NCBI RefSeq assembly: GCF_001194135.2 | Contig: NC_068989.1 | Span: 77,477,543-77,533,565 of the forward strand | From: Octopus bimaculoides | Lineage: Eukaryota | Length of the DNA: 56,023 nt | Direction of reading: 5' to 3' | In this document: piece by piece, positions 13,637-26,678 of the stretch | Position numbering within the stretch: the stretch's first letter is position 1 | Layout: every line of letters starts with the position of its first letter | Program-made: the position numbers and the translations under genes | Notes under the pieces: model-generated | Database searches by the model: none | What the model saw: the letters and a program-made list of their open reading frames with translations, nothing else | Told to the model about the DNA's origin: nothing

Positions 13637-14410
13637 NNNNNNNNNNNNNNNNNNNNNNNNNNNNNNNNNNNNNNNNNNNNNNNNNNNNNNNNNNNNNNNN
13701 NNNNNNNNNNNNNNNNNNNNNNNNNNNNNNNNNNNNNNNNNNNNNNNNNNNNNNNNNNNNNNNNNNNNNNNNNNNNNNNNNNNNNNNNNNNNNNNNNNNN
13801 NNNNNNNNNNNNNNNNNNNNNNNNNNNNNNNNNNNNNNNNNNNNNNNNNNNNNNNNNNNNNNNNNNNNNNNNNNNNNNNNNNNNNNNNNNNNNNNNNNNN
13901 NNNNNNNNNNNNNNNNNNNNNNNNNNNNNNNNNNNNNNNNNNNNNNNNNNNNNNNNNNNNNNNNNNNNNNNNNNNNNNNNNNNNNNNNNNNNNNNNNNNN
14001 NNNNNNNNNNNNNNNNNNNNNNNNNNNNNNNNNNNNNNNNNNNNNNNNNNNNNNNNNNNNNNNNNNNNNNNNNNNNNNNNNNNNNNNNNNNNNNNNNNNN
14101 NNNNNNNNNNNNNNNNNNNNNNNNNNNNNNNNNNNNNNNNNNNNNNNNNNNNNNNNNNNNNNNNNNNNNNNNNNNNNNNNNNNNNNNNNNNNATATATAT
14201 ATATATATATATATATATAATACAGAGAATATATATACATGTATACACACATATATGTACATACTTACATCTACATGTGTATATATATGCATGTCAGGGT
14301 ACAGGACGTTAGAACAATGAACTACAGACAACGGAACGAACACATAGGAAAACGGAAAGCCACTTGGAATATTCCTTCATCAGCTGTCTCTATTCTAATC
14401 TGACTTTTCG

Positions 14411-14450
<40 letters not shown>

Positions 14451-16132
14451 CATAGATACATATGTATATGTGTATGTGTATGTGTATAAAGACTGTATGT
14501 TAATATACATGTGTGGGTGTATTAGGCTGTATGTGTGTATGTATATATTTTGTTGGCACATGTATATATTTAGTATACATATATGTATATTTCTTTATGT
14601 GTTTGTCTACACGTGTGCATGCGTCTGCTCATGTATATAAGTTACATATTTTTTTCTCACAGGTTTTTTGTGATAGTCAGACTAATTCGACTCCTATCTA
14701 GGCTATAAAACCACTTCAGTATTAAACAAACATACTTCAGCGTAGATATTACCGAATAGCGACACACTTACACACGTATTTGACCCCACCCTGCCTAACA
14801 TCATTGTACATAAAGACACAGAATGACAAATATAGCAACAATCACTTAATACTCCAGACAATCAGTTAATGCTGTTAACAATCACTTAATACTGTTCTTT
14901 GTAAATATATGAAGCAGTTCCTATATACTCACATACGCATCCACATACATGTACGCATAGAGATACAGATGTTTAGTAATGTATACGTGTAGCTGCACTC
15001 TATTTAGAAACAACGAAGCACAGTCGCGTATCTAAACACACACAAACAAAACGCCTTAATAAGTGGTATTTTTGAGATTATAAACGGTTGACTGTGAGCT
15101 TGATTTCAAAATTCGTATATTACTTATAAGCATTCGATTTAATCTGGTATACAGCATGCTTTAAAAAATAAAAATAATTTGATAAAACTCCCCTTTCAGT
15201 TTCGTTTTCTTCTTTCAGTTGCTACACGATGTATGGCTCCGTTTCATTCTCTGTTTTAGTCACGTGATCTCTTTTACGTTTTTGTGTTTGCTTTTCTCTG
15301 CTACGTCTGCTAATTGTTTATATATATATAAGTGGGTTCTTCTGTTTGATAGTGAAGGTGGTCTTGATGGAATCTAATATCTATGTCTAAATCGGATTAA
15401 TTTGAGAACGGTTTTATTGGAAGCCTTTGCAAGGGAAATGCAGTGTATTTCCAAGGAAGCATCAGTTTTCTTATGAGCTGTAAGGGGAATCGAAGCTGAA
15501 GATTAAAAGGAAAATTAGTAATAATTAGCTTGCACAGAAGTAATGCTCATTATTATAGGAAGAATCCCTATTATTGATGTCTTTCTGGGAAGATACATCG
15601 GAATCTCCCTTATATATTTTAGGATTTTTTTTTTTTTTTTTACATATGTAGAGTGATTAGAAAGGTGGTTTATGTATTAGGTTTTTACGCTTGACTTTCT
15701 GGAAGCATAAAGTTTCTGTTTCTTTAAATTAACTTTTTGGGGGTTAAGCAAACATCATTCTAGAATTTCAACTCAGGCAAACACTGATAGAGGACACACA
15801 CACACATGCACATATGACGGGATTCTTTTAGTTTCTGTCTACCTACAACGTCTATAGTAGGAGGTATGTACCCAAGTTTCCATGCAGTTGTGCTGTGTTG
15901 GAAAGCAAACTTATTACCACACAGCCACTNNNNNNNNNNNNNNNNNNNNNNNNNNNNNNNNNNNNNNNNNNNNNNNNNNNNNNNNNNNNNNNNNNNNNNN
16001 NNNNNNNNNNNNNNNNNNNNNNNNNNNNNNNNNNNNNNNNNNNNNNNNNNNNNNNNNNNNNNNNNNNNNNNNNNNNNNNNNNNNNNNNNNNNNNNNNNNN
16101 NNNNNNNNNNNNNNNNNNNNNNNNNNNNNNNN

Positions 16133-16169
<37 letters not shown>

Positions 16170-17021
16170 AATTTATAGGGGGGAAATGGAATAGATGTAC
16201 GATAAAGAAATTTAGAGGGAGAAAAAAAACAAGCAGAAACACACGAAGTTGTCAACCAAATATTACAATTTTGACCCCATCCGACAATACTGTTAACTTT
16301 CGTGGTTTCATCAACGTAACCTATAGGACACAATACACGAAGAAGAACTAAAACATGTAGAGACAAGGCCCGAATAGCAGATATAAGGATGCTCTGGGGA
16401 GAGCGAAATGAATACAAAATGAAACAGCTTATATACGCATATACAGAGAGAATATTTCGTTCGATTTGTGAAAAGAATATATGCAACTCTGGCAAAATAA
16501 GCTAATAGGAAATATTGTTTACATTACGGCTTTGAAGAAAAGGATATGAAGACCAAAACAAATCCGAAGCAGTTAAACATGGACTGAGCAGTTGAATGGA
16601 TTGAGTAGCATGAAGAATAGAAAGTAGGACAAAAGAGACGGTGACAGAGAAGAGTTTGTCGTGAAAGTGATCAAAACAAGGAAGCAGAGGGAGAAAAAGA
16701 GGGCATGATAGAAACATAGACGGCCGTATAAATGGATAAAAAGTAACCAAGATGGAAGAATAGATAGACGTTTATGACGACCGAAAGGCAGATGGATGTA
16801 AACAAGAAAGGCAGGCCAAATAAAGGTAGAGAGAAAACGAGAGAACGGTTGCTAGACAAAGAAAGAGCGTTAACGAGGTAAATAGGGAAAACGGTAGCAA
16901 AGAAAAGGGAGAAAACGATAGGTGGAAAGAAAAAAATGTATTTGTATGTGTGTGTTCGTAAGTACTTGTGTGTGTATAAACGTTGATTGATTCACATAAA
17001 CATATCTACACACACACATAC

Positions 17022-17053
<32 letters not shown>

Positions 17054-17221
17054 GCGCACAATTATATATATATGTGTCTCCGTGTGTGTTTGTGTTCATA
17101 ATACTTCTTAATGCCTATTTCATTCCCATTTATATAACTTCTCTTCTTCATCTTTTTAGTTTCTCTTTACGTGTTTTTTTTTTGTTTTTTTTCNNNNNNN
17201 NNNATATGTATACACACACAC

Positions 17222-17253
<32 letters not shown>

Positions 17254-18694
17254 ATATTTATATATATATGTATACACACACACATATATATATATATATA
17301 TATGCGCACAATTATATATATATGTGTCTCCGTGTGTGTTTGTGTTCATAATACTTCTTAATGCCTATTTCATTCCCATTTATATAACTTCTCTTCTTCA
17401 TCTTTTTAGTTTCTCTTTACGTGTTTTTTTTTTGTTTTTTTTCGTTTTCGTTCTTCTTAGTAATAACGTTTGGATATCTAATCAGATTTTTTAAAATACA
17501 TTATCATCTTATTTTTCAATGGCAAAATAAATGATTCCGTGAAGTTGCGTACGTAGATTTTCGTTCTTTCTCTTATATATATTTTTTGGTTTTTGTAATG
17601 TTATTTTCTTATTTTTCCTTCTCGTTTTGGGGTTTTTTGCGAGTTATCTAGCTATTTTAAGAAGCTCTTTTATAACGTTCGTCTTACAAGTGTCTAATTT
17701 CATTCCACCCCAATCTTCTGCTTGTCTACCTGTCTGTCCCTGTCACTGTTTTCTTCTTCCCCACCCCTTCTCTCTCGAAATTTTTCTTTTATTTCTTTCA
17801 ATCTCCCCCTCTTTCCGTCCCCACCCCCGATTCTCTAGAAAATGCAGAAGAAAGAGGTTTTTATATATATCGATTTCTTACTCAATCACTTGCAATAGCC
17901 TTGTTTTCGTAAACAAGTGTAAATTTGAGACTGAACGATGTTTATGCCTTTCTAACGATTTTTTTTTTCTTTTTAATAATGGTAATATGACTTTTAAAAA
18001 CTTCTCGGTGAAATAATCTCAACAGAAAATTAATTCTCTGTTTTTGTTGCAATGAAATACAGGGAGACATTTATATGTACGTGCGTATGTATGTATGTAT
18101 GTATGTATGTATGTATGTATGTATGTATGTCTACTTATCTATTTACGTGTGTCTTGTAATTTCGGTCATAAAAGATGCACGGGTGTGTTAGATGCATCCA
18201 ACTTTCACCAGTGCATGTTCAGGACAAAATGTTTTTAGTGAATTAAAGCCTATGGAAGGTACAGCCTCATATCAAATACGTGTTGACCAGTTGATTTGAT
18301 TTTTCAAGATCTCAGTGCTTTCTAAGNNNNNNNNNNNNNNNNNNNNNNNNNNNNNNNNNNNNNNNNNNNNNNNNNNNNNNNNNNNNNNNNNNNNNNNNNN
18401 NNNNNNNNNNNNNNNNNNNNNNNNNNNNNNNNNNNNNNNNNNNNNNNNNNNNNNNNNNNNNNNNNNNNNNNNNNNNNNNNNNNNNNNNNNNNTAGAAGAA
18501 AACATGGTGTTGTAACAGAACCATCTTTTTCTATTTGACTCATAACTTGGGGCTCTTGTTTTTCCAACAAGTTTGGTTGCCAAAATGAAAGTAATTGACG
18601 TCAACTAGATATCGAATACCACTTATGCAATCGACTGGCCAGTTTTCAAAGAGTAATGTGTAAAAAAAAATGACCATAGGGTCGCACCTAGAAA

Positions 18695-19002
18695 CTCATG
18701 AATAGCCATGCGATTGAACCTAGAAACTTCCCCTCCAAGGCAGAAGTCTGGGCAAGGTTGTTTACGAAAGATCAGCAGTCACCCATGCATACCAACACCA
18801 TCAATGGTATCCAAGGGAAAGCGAACATCGATACAGCTTGGCACCGTGATATCGCAACACATTTCTACAACTGAAGGAACTGGAGCAACGTGAAATAAAG
18901 TCTCTTGCTCAAGAACACAACACACAGTCCAGTCCGGGAATCGAACTCTCACTACCTCGTGACTGTGAATCCTGACACTCCAACCACTGAGCTATTCACA
19001 CC
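18695..19002 (-). mobile_element. SINE family D copy (tRNA-like head plus CORE/Nin-like central motif)
   Basis: Reverse complement: TAGCTCAGTGGTT (A box) .. GTTCGATTCC (B box) .. GTGTTCTTGAGCAAGAGACTTTATTTCACGTTGCTCCAG; homologous to 25245-25512. Confidence 0.8.
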
Positions 19003-19665
19003 TTAATATATTCAGTTTGCCATATGAATGGACGCAACATGTTAATTACACTGGTAGATATACCTGCTGAATCCAATAAGATTATCTTCTTATCTGACAA
19101 CGGTTAACGAAGATTCTGAATGTATTGATTTGAGAATTATATGAAAGAGAAAGAGAAAGAGAGAGAATGAAAGAGAGAGCATAGTTTAATCCTTAAGAGA
19201 AACTCAAGAATTCCAAGACATATTTAAGCAAGGAGTATATTGGAAATTGTAATGTTTCTGCTTAGTCCAAAAAATCATTACAAGTGCAAATAAATCAACA
19301 TGTTTGTAAAGATAATCGAGACTACGTCAGGAACTTCATTTGATGAGCTGATTAAGGAAAACAATAACAAAAACTAGATAGACCTTGTATTGTAGGACTA
19401 AAAAGATTGAATAAATACTTCATTTACTAATTCGGAGTGAGTTCAGATTCACTCCAGGCATTAAGCTGTTAGGCACTTTGACCAACATACCATATTTTAT
19501 CTTACATTGGAAAGAATTTTAGTGCTTTACTCTTCGACAGTTTGAGCAGAGGGTGAAAGCAGTGGGTGAATTTCTTTCATGTTGGAATGCCGCCATGGAG
19601 TTCATTGCCATCTGACAAAAAACGTATTCCAAAAAACAAAAAAAAAATTATACTGCTAAGTCTAG

Positions 19666-19965
19666 TTGTTGGCACTCTGTCGCTTACAACGTCGAGAGTT
19701 CCAGTTGTTCTGATCAACGGAACAGCCTGCTCGTGAAATTAACGTGCAAGTGGCTGAACACTCCACAGACACGTGTACCCTTTGAATTACAGGCACAACA
19801 GAAACAGGAAGTAAGAGAAAGTTGTGGAAGAGTACAGCAGGGTTCGTCACCATCCCCTGCTGGAGCCTCGTGGAGCTTTAGGTGTTTTCGCCGATCTGGG
19901 AATCGAAACCGCGATCCTATGACCGCGAGTCCGCTGCCCTAACCACTGGGCCATTGTACCTCCAC
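19666..19965 (-). mobile_element. SINE family C copy with internal deletions and TSD
   Basis: Homologous to 53242-53630. Flanked by GCTAAGTCTAG (19655-19665) and GCTAAATCTAG (19966-19976), a 10/11 target-site duplication. Confidence 0.9.
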
Positions 19966-21634
19966 GCTAAATCTAGCATATGTAATATAATTATTTTTCA
20001 AACTCTAATCAAGTGGGGGAAATGGTTGAGATTCTGAATATACACTACAATCGCAACTTAAATTATGTCTCGAGAATTTCTTCAGATATCCACGTTTTAA
20101 AAATAAATGTAATAACTTCAAATTCTATGCAGAAAGGGTACACCGTGTTGAAAGTGCAGGAGTTTAGGAGGTGGGGTATGGAGTTAATACTTAATCACCA
20201 CAACTATCAGATTTGCTGGTAGTAGTAACTGTTCAGGGTCCGAGTTACTGGTTAAATCACGGATCCTGTGACGAAAATATACATGACTCGGGGGAGGTGT
20301 GCCTCCTAGAAATGTGTTAAATAGCTCCACTCCCATGTGGACATGAAAACCGATCACCCTGCGTAAGAGATTATCAGGCCCTTTGATTTAATGGTAACCT
20401 AGGTAGAGCAAGAGTAAACTGCGAATAAACTGGTTATGTGAAAACTGGTAACAGCTGTGGTAACTTTATCAGGAAAACAAATTTTCCAGTTTTTGTATGG
20501 GAATCCATGATCGCCGATGGCTGTAAAACGAACACGGTACATGAAGATGTGAAGAAAGCGAGCGAGAAAGAGGGGGTGATTATTCCAAATACTCAATTAG
20601 TTGAAAACATAATTATAAAAAGGATACCGAAACTGCAAAATATATTCCAGTGTAAAAATTTTCCAAACGAAGTTTTGCACGCCTCCCAGAAGTATTCAGG
20701 TTCCCCAGTTATTTTCTTCAGTTTTAGAAATAACTGACTTTTAACTCTGGAATGACATTGCATTCTTACCTATCACATACTTAGGATTCGACAGTTCGTT
20801 ATATCTATAGTGTTAAATTGCTAAAACGATGTGCAATACTTTTCTAGTTTTGATGTACCAATATGTGAGTACGTGAAGGGATTACTGGTAAGTGCTGCTA
20901 TTACACCACTATTTGCTGGTGATGGTGGAGAATACAACTTGGTGTAAAATTACTTGCTTCAACAAAATGCAATCGTCCAAATTTATAAAATATATAACAC
21001 CTATGCTAAGATGAAAAACAAAATGGATAGAAAACAGCAAAACAAAACAAAAAAGAAAGAAACACACATACAAAAAGGAAATAAAATACCAAAACCAATA
21101 TACCTACTACCAATATCAGCCATTCCGTTGGGAAGTAGAAAAGTTATGTTTATTTTGAAAGATAGATGTGTAGCAAGCCGTTATGTCATGCATATTCCTA
21201 TGCCATTATCAAGTGAATTGAAACAGACGCTTTAGACAGTAAAACAATTAAAACAATAGAGTCAAAACCAAGTTGCCATTGGAAAAGTGGCCAGATAAAA
21301 TGTCTAACTTTTATCACTATTCTTTTCGGTTTCACTTGAAACAGGAGATTAAGCAACACAGGAAGTTAGTCTGCTTAATATATTTCATAAGTATAGGTTG
21401 TAAAAAGTTAGCATTATCGAACGCAACTTCACTTCTGATCCTGAAATACACCGAAGTTGCAAATTCAACGATGTAAAACAAACAAAAGCAAGAGAAAATT
21501 TCTAAAACATCTCTCTGTCTCCCTCTCCCTCTTTCTCGCTCCCTTTTTCTCTCTCTCTGTATACATATACACACCACACTTATTTATATAAACACACACG
21601 CATACTTGCATGTATGTNNNNNNNNNNNNATATA

Positions 21635-21686
<52 letters not shown>

Positions 21687-21687
<1 letters not shown>

Positions 21688-21716
21688 TAGCAATGCACCC
21701 CAGCGTTGCCCGGGTG
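21687..21716 (-). mobile_element. Helitron-type 3' terminus
   Basis: Minus strand CACCCGGGCAACGCTGGGGTG (GC-rich hairpin), then CATTG, then CTAG followed by T inside (TA)n; this is the canonical Helitron 3' architecture. Confidence 0.7.
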
Positions 21717-21938
21717 TTATGATCTACAGCCACATTGTGTTATTTGTTCTTTTCTTATAGGCAGAATCAGTACACGAGGAGTATGAAGCAAAAACTTCTC
21801 TTTATAAACATGTTTTTCGATCATATTCGGATGAACAACGCTATAGTTTGCGTCTACGAAATTCAGTCACAAATCTGTGGTTGGCCTAGGGCTATAGTAG
21901 AAGCAAACTTCTCAACCACACAGCCTTTCTTGCATCTA

Positions 21939-22016
<78 letters not shown>

Positions 22017-22455
22017 GTGTGTGCGTGCGTTTGTGTTTGTTCCTATTTGTTGTTAAATCGAGTATTGTGTCCCACTGTGTCTGAAAGCTAGCAGAGATCT
22101 ATAAAATAAATGCCAGATTGAAATACGTACTGAGGTCAGTATGATCAATCAAATTTTTCAAAGTGATACCCCATCACGGCGACAGTCGAAAGCCTAAACC
22201 CAGTAACATAATTTTTAATGATTTAATGGCTTCAAATTTAAGGAAATGGATTACAAACTACAAAATGATGAGTTCAAAACTTCGTATTCAACTTCTACGA
22301 TAACACTATATTTACGTCTTAGTCTACTTGACTTGAAACAGTTAAGAATTGTAAATTAAAGTTGAATGGTTGGTAGTAAGACAGATGTCCAGATTCCTTT
22401 AAAAATTATTGTGAGAAATATTGTGAGAGAATCTATTTTTTCACCACAACAAAAT

Positions 22456-22517
<62 letters not shown>

Positions 22518-23699
22518 CGCACAAAGTAACTGAGGTAACTTGAGGTGCTACAAATAGCAGCCAAATCTCTCTTAAAACACATCCTTTCATCAAAAGAAAG
22601 ACACAGATTAACAGTATTTCAAGAAGAACAATATACTATGCGACGGGTCTGCTACTCTGGGCTAAATAAAACACAGAAATGCATTCTTCACATTAAAAGA
22701 TTATCTACTAAATAATACTAATAACACTAAATAAAGTTGACGGCATATCTTCGAAGTTTCATTCCCTGGTAAAACCCCACGTATTTTGAACATTTTCTCA
22801 TTATGCTCTAAGACATGAACAATGTTCAGGCAGAGTTGTCTCCCTTAGCTAAAGACCCCAAACTTGTACGGCCCGACCTCGTTTTCGAGGTTATTTTTGT
22901 GGTAAACAAGAGTTGTGCAAAAAACATATTTGGTAACAAAAAAGATTACTGAATCTTTTGATACCTCATACGTCAAAATCGGCAACACAGTTTTTGAATC
23001 CTTAAGGAACATACGCGCGCGCGCACAGGCACACACAGACTCACACACACACACATACGTGTTTACTGGATTGTAAAATGAGTTTGTTCTCTATGTATTC
23101 GTTTCCAGAAAATGTAAATTAATTCTCAACGTGTTTTGAAATGTTAATGAAAAGAAGCATGATAAGTACATACAACCGCTGTGCTGAATTCTCCATCGGT
23201 CTCAGCGATGAATATTCAAATATTCGACCAAATGTTTTTGCTGCTCGTGAAATTGACGGATACCGACATCTTTTATTCAATAATTCCAAATGGATACACG
23301 CCAATATTAATGTTTACTACTTACAATGTTCGAAATTGGAGCGATAAGTGCCACAACGCACAATGGAAAAGCATCTTATTTATTGACCTAACTAATCTCA
23401 TAATTTGCTGGATATATTAACCAAGGATGTTCCAACCACTACCATCTGGCTTTTTTCAGGCATTGTGCATCTAAAAACCATTATTTAATGTGTCCTTTCT
23501 TACACTGAGATTCGTAAGAAATGTGGATGCAAATAAATACTTCATGTTGGCATTGGCATTACTGTATAGTCCTACATCAACGGTGATTAGATAGACCTTT
23601 AATAAAAAAAAAATTCCATGACTGTTCCAGCTATATTTTAGAAGATAGCCTTTTCTGGTTTTATGTTATTTATTTATTTATTTAATGAAAGATATTGAA

Positions 23700-24990
23700 G
23701 AGCTGTCTGAAGGAGTTTTGCCTATTTTCTGGCACAAGGTTTATCAATGGTTTTTAGCTAATTTTGGGGCACTGAATCCAAGTCAGATTTTGTTTATCAC
23801 AACAGATTTTTGAAATATAAAATCTTTTAATTTTCTAGAAACAGTTATTTAATGATCATAAAGGAAGAATCAAACAAACGTAGATGCAATTTTTAATAGA
23901 CAATGTCTTTTTATAATCTAATAAATCAAAACACAAATTTGAGGGAGGGAATGCACATTAGCATGTAAGAATTAAGCTTGGTGATAACAAAATATGAATA
24001 CAAAACATCTATTCATTTTAGTCATTCATTCTGATCATCTTATTACTGCAAGAACTTCCTTTTTTATTTTTTGACGATCTCTTGTGCACATTTCCTGGAA
24101 TGTCTCTCATCCAGCAGCACTCTTCCATCATGTTTGAGTCACATCGGCTTTGGTAGCGTTCTTCCATTACTTTTACGACTTGATCAAATCGTTCGCCTTG
24201 TTCTTCACTAACATCACCCAGGTTCTCTGGAAAGTCAACCCAAGTGACTGTATAAGTAGTGCGATTTAATGCTCATTTTTTATCCAAGAGCTTGCAAACT
24301 CAAGAACAGCTCCTCCCCAATTTCTTGACAGTTGTCAGCTTTCCTGTTTCCAAGTAAATTCCGCATCACATCAGAGAAGACTCTTAGCTCTAGCCTCCGC
24401 CGCACTCATTGTTGTAACAAAATGTGGATCCCTGAAGAGTGTTCCTATTTGAGGCCCATCAAATATTCCTGGCTTCTCCTCGTTACTGAGACTTGGAAAA
24501 GTTGTAGTGAAGCAGTCTCCACTGTGATCAAGAGCTCTGATGAATTGCTTCATTACACCAAGTTTCAACGTAGGTTTTGTTCTGGTCTCCAAGTGCTACT
24601 TTAAAGTAAGCAAGATACACCTTATTGACAAAGTTGTTAATGCTGAGCCTTTGAGCATGTGGAGTAAATTTTCCTCAAACGTAACAGAAGATATCGGGGT
24701 CAATACAGGATGTTCTTCTATTTGATGTTGTATCCATAACTAGATCACAGTGGTTCAGTTCACACCTGAAAAGAAGAGGAAGGGTTTTAAAGCAAAACTC
24801 AGCTTGAGCATATTATTCAAAATTAGTAAGACAATCCAGCCAAAATTCCCGTATATAGTAGTGTAAAGTTAACTTTTGGTATGCTCCAGGTAAATAAATG
24901 TATATACCGATGACACAAAAATGTGATGTGATAGAGCAAATCTGAGGTCAATATCGGAAGAAGCACCTAAAAACTGGTCTAAGACAGGTC
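23700..24990 (-). mobile_element. internally deleted Chapaev3-like (CMC group) DNA transposon
   Basis: Subterminal inverted repeats TCAGATTTTGTTTATCACAACAGATTTTTG (23783-23812) and CAAAAATGTGATGTGATAGAGCAAATCTGA (24916-24945) bracket a transposase remnant. Outer termini are approximate. Confidence 0.75.
24020..24737 (-). pseudogene. disrupted transposase (Chapaev3-like)
   Basis: N-terminus MDTTSNRRTSCIDPDIFCYV*GKFT..KVYLAYFKVALGDQNK fused to C-terminal motifs KLGVMKQFIRAL..GIFDGPQI..LLGNRKADN..MSIKSHYLYSHL..FPENLGDVSEEQGERFDQ..MEERYQSR..CCW; multiple stops and frameshifts. Confidence 0.85.
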
Positions 24991-25244
24991 TAAAACTTTA
25001 TAGATTCGCTACCTTGCTTGTAGTAATACACACACACACACGCGCTTATGTCTACAGGTGTTGGTAACATATATCTGACGGGTTTCTATAGAGTTTTCAT
25101 CTACCCAATTTCGCACACAAAGTAAGAGCTAATCTGTGACTTCAGAAAAAAGAAAATTGTCTAAGGATCCAAATAGTGAGATCGAACCCATGACCTTATG
25201 ACCGCAAAGCACACTTCTTAACAACTCTGTCAATGCTCAAGTCC

Positions 25245-25512
25245 AGGCAAGGTTTGTTTGTAGAAGACCAGCAGTCACCCATGCATTCAAGCCTCCCTTC
25301 TCCACACCACCAATGTCATCCAGCAGAAAGGCAAAGACCGATACCGCTTGGAACCAGTGACGTTGCCACTCATTTCTACAGCTGAGAGAAATGGAGTAAT
25401 ATAAAAAAAAGTGTCTTGCTCAAGAGCACAACACACTGATGGGTTCGGGAATCGAACTCAATATCTCGTGATTGTGAGCCCAACGCTTTAACCACTGGGC
25501 AATGCACCTTGA
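25245..25512 (-). mobile_element. SINE family D copy
   Basis: GTGTCTTGCTCAAGAGCACAACAC..GGGAATCGAACTC..TTAACCACTGGGC; same family as 18695-19002. Confidence 0.8.
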
Positions 25513-25551
25513 CACACACACACGTATGCATGTGTATATACATACACACAA

Positions 25552-25602
<51 letters not shown>

Positions 25603-26404
25603 NNNNNNNNNNNNNNNNNNNNNNNNNNNNNNNNNNNNNNNNNNNNNNNNNNNNNNNNNNNNNNNNNNNNNNNNNNNNNNNNNNNNNNNNNNNNNNNNNN
25701 NNNNNNNNNNNNNNNNNNNNNNNNNNNNNNNNNNNNNNNNNNNNNNNNNNNNNNNNNNNNNNNNNNNNNNNNNNNNNNNNNNNNNNNNNNNNNNNNNNNN
25801 NNNNNNNNNNNNNNNNNNNNNNNNNNNNNNNNNNNNNNNNNNNNNNNNNNNNNNNNNNNNNNNNNNNNNNNNNNNNNNNNNNNNNNNNNNNNNNNNNNNN
25901 NNNNNNNNNNNNNNNNNNNNNNNNNNNNNNNNNNNNNNNNNNNNNNNNNNNNNNNNNNNNNNNNNNNNNNNNNNNNNNNNNNNNNNNNNNNNNNNNNNNN
26001 NNNNNNNNNNNNNNNNNNNNNNNNNNNNNNNNNNNNNNNNNNNNNNNNNNNNNNNNNNNNNNNNNNNNNNNNNNNNNNNNNNNNNNNNNNNNNNNNNNNN
26101 NNNNNNNNNNNNNNNNNNNNNNNNNNNNNNNNNNNNNNNNNNNNNNNNNNNNNNNNNNNNNNNNNNNNNNNNNNNNNNNNNNNNNNNNNNNNNNNNNNNN
26201 NNNNNNNNNNNNNNNNNNNNNNNNNNNNNNNNNNNNNNNNNNNNNNNNNNNNNNNNNNNNNNNNNNNNNNNNNNNNNNNNNNNNNNNNNNNNNNNNNNNN
26301 NNNNNNNNNNNNNNNNNNNNNNNNNNNNNNNNNNNNNNNNNNNNNNNNNNNNNNNNNNNNNNNNNNNNNNNNNNNNNNNNNNNNNNNNNNNNNNNNNNNN
26401 NNNN

Positions 26405-26678
26405 CTTCTCCACACCACCAATGTCATCCAGCAGAAAGGCAAAGACCGATACCGCTTGGAACCAGTGACGTTGCCACTCATTTCTACAGCTGAGAGAAAT
26501 GGAGTAATATAAAAAAAAGTGTCTTGCTCAAGAGCACAACACACTGATGGGTTCGGGAATCGAACTCAATATCTCGTGATTGTGAGCCCAACGCTTTAAC
26601 CACTGGGCAATGCACCTTGACACACACACACGTATGCATGTGTATATACATACACACAAACACACACATATATATATA
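26405..26678. other. exact duplicate of 25297-25570 across the 25603-26404 gap (probable assembly overlap)
   Basis: About 274 bp read as identical at offset 1108, starting immediately after the Ns. Confidence 0.85.

Noticed and set aside
20438-20737. 99-aa ORFs here and at 33323-33622
   Set aside because: No recognisable motif, non-ATG starts and lengths within chance expectation.
20848-20887. 40-nt plus-strand AG...GTAAGT pair (FDVPICEYVKGLL); similar pairs near 5045-5180, 5501-5591 and 54958-54990
   Set aside because: Strong-looking splice pairs occur on both strands throughout this AT-rich window and could not be chained into a consistent-phase gene model.
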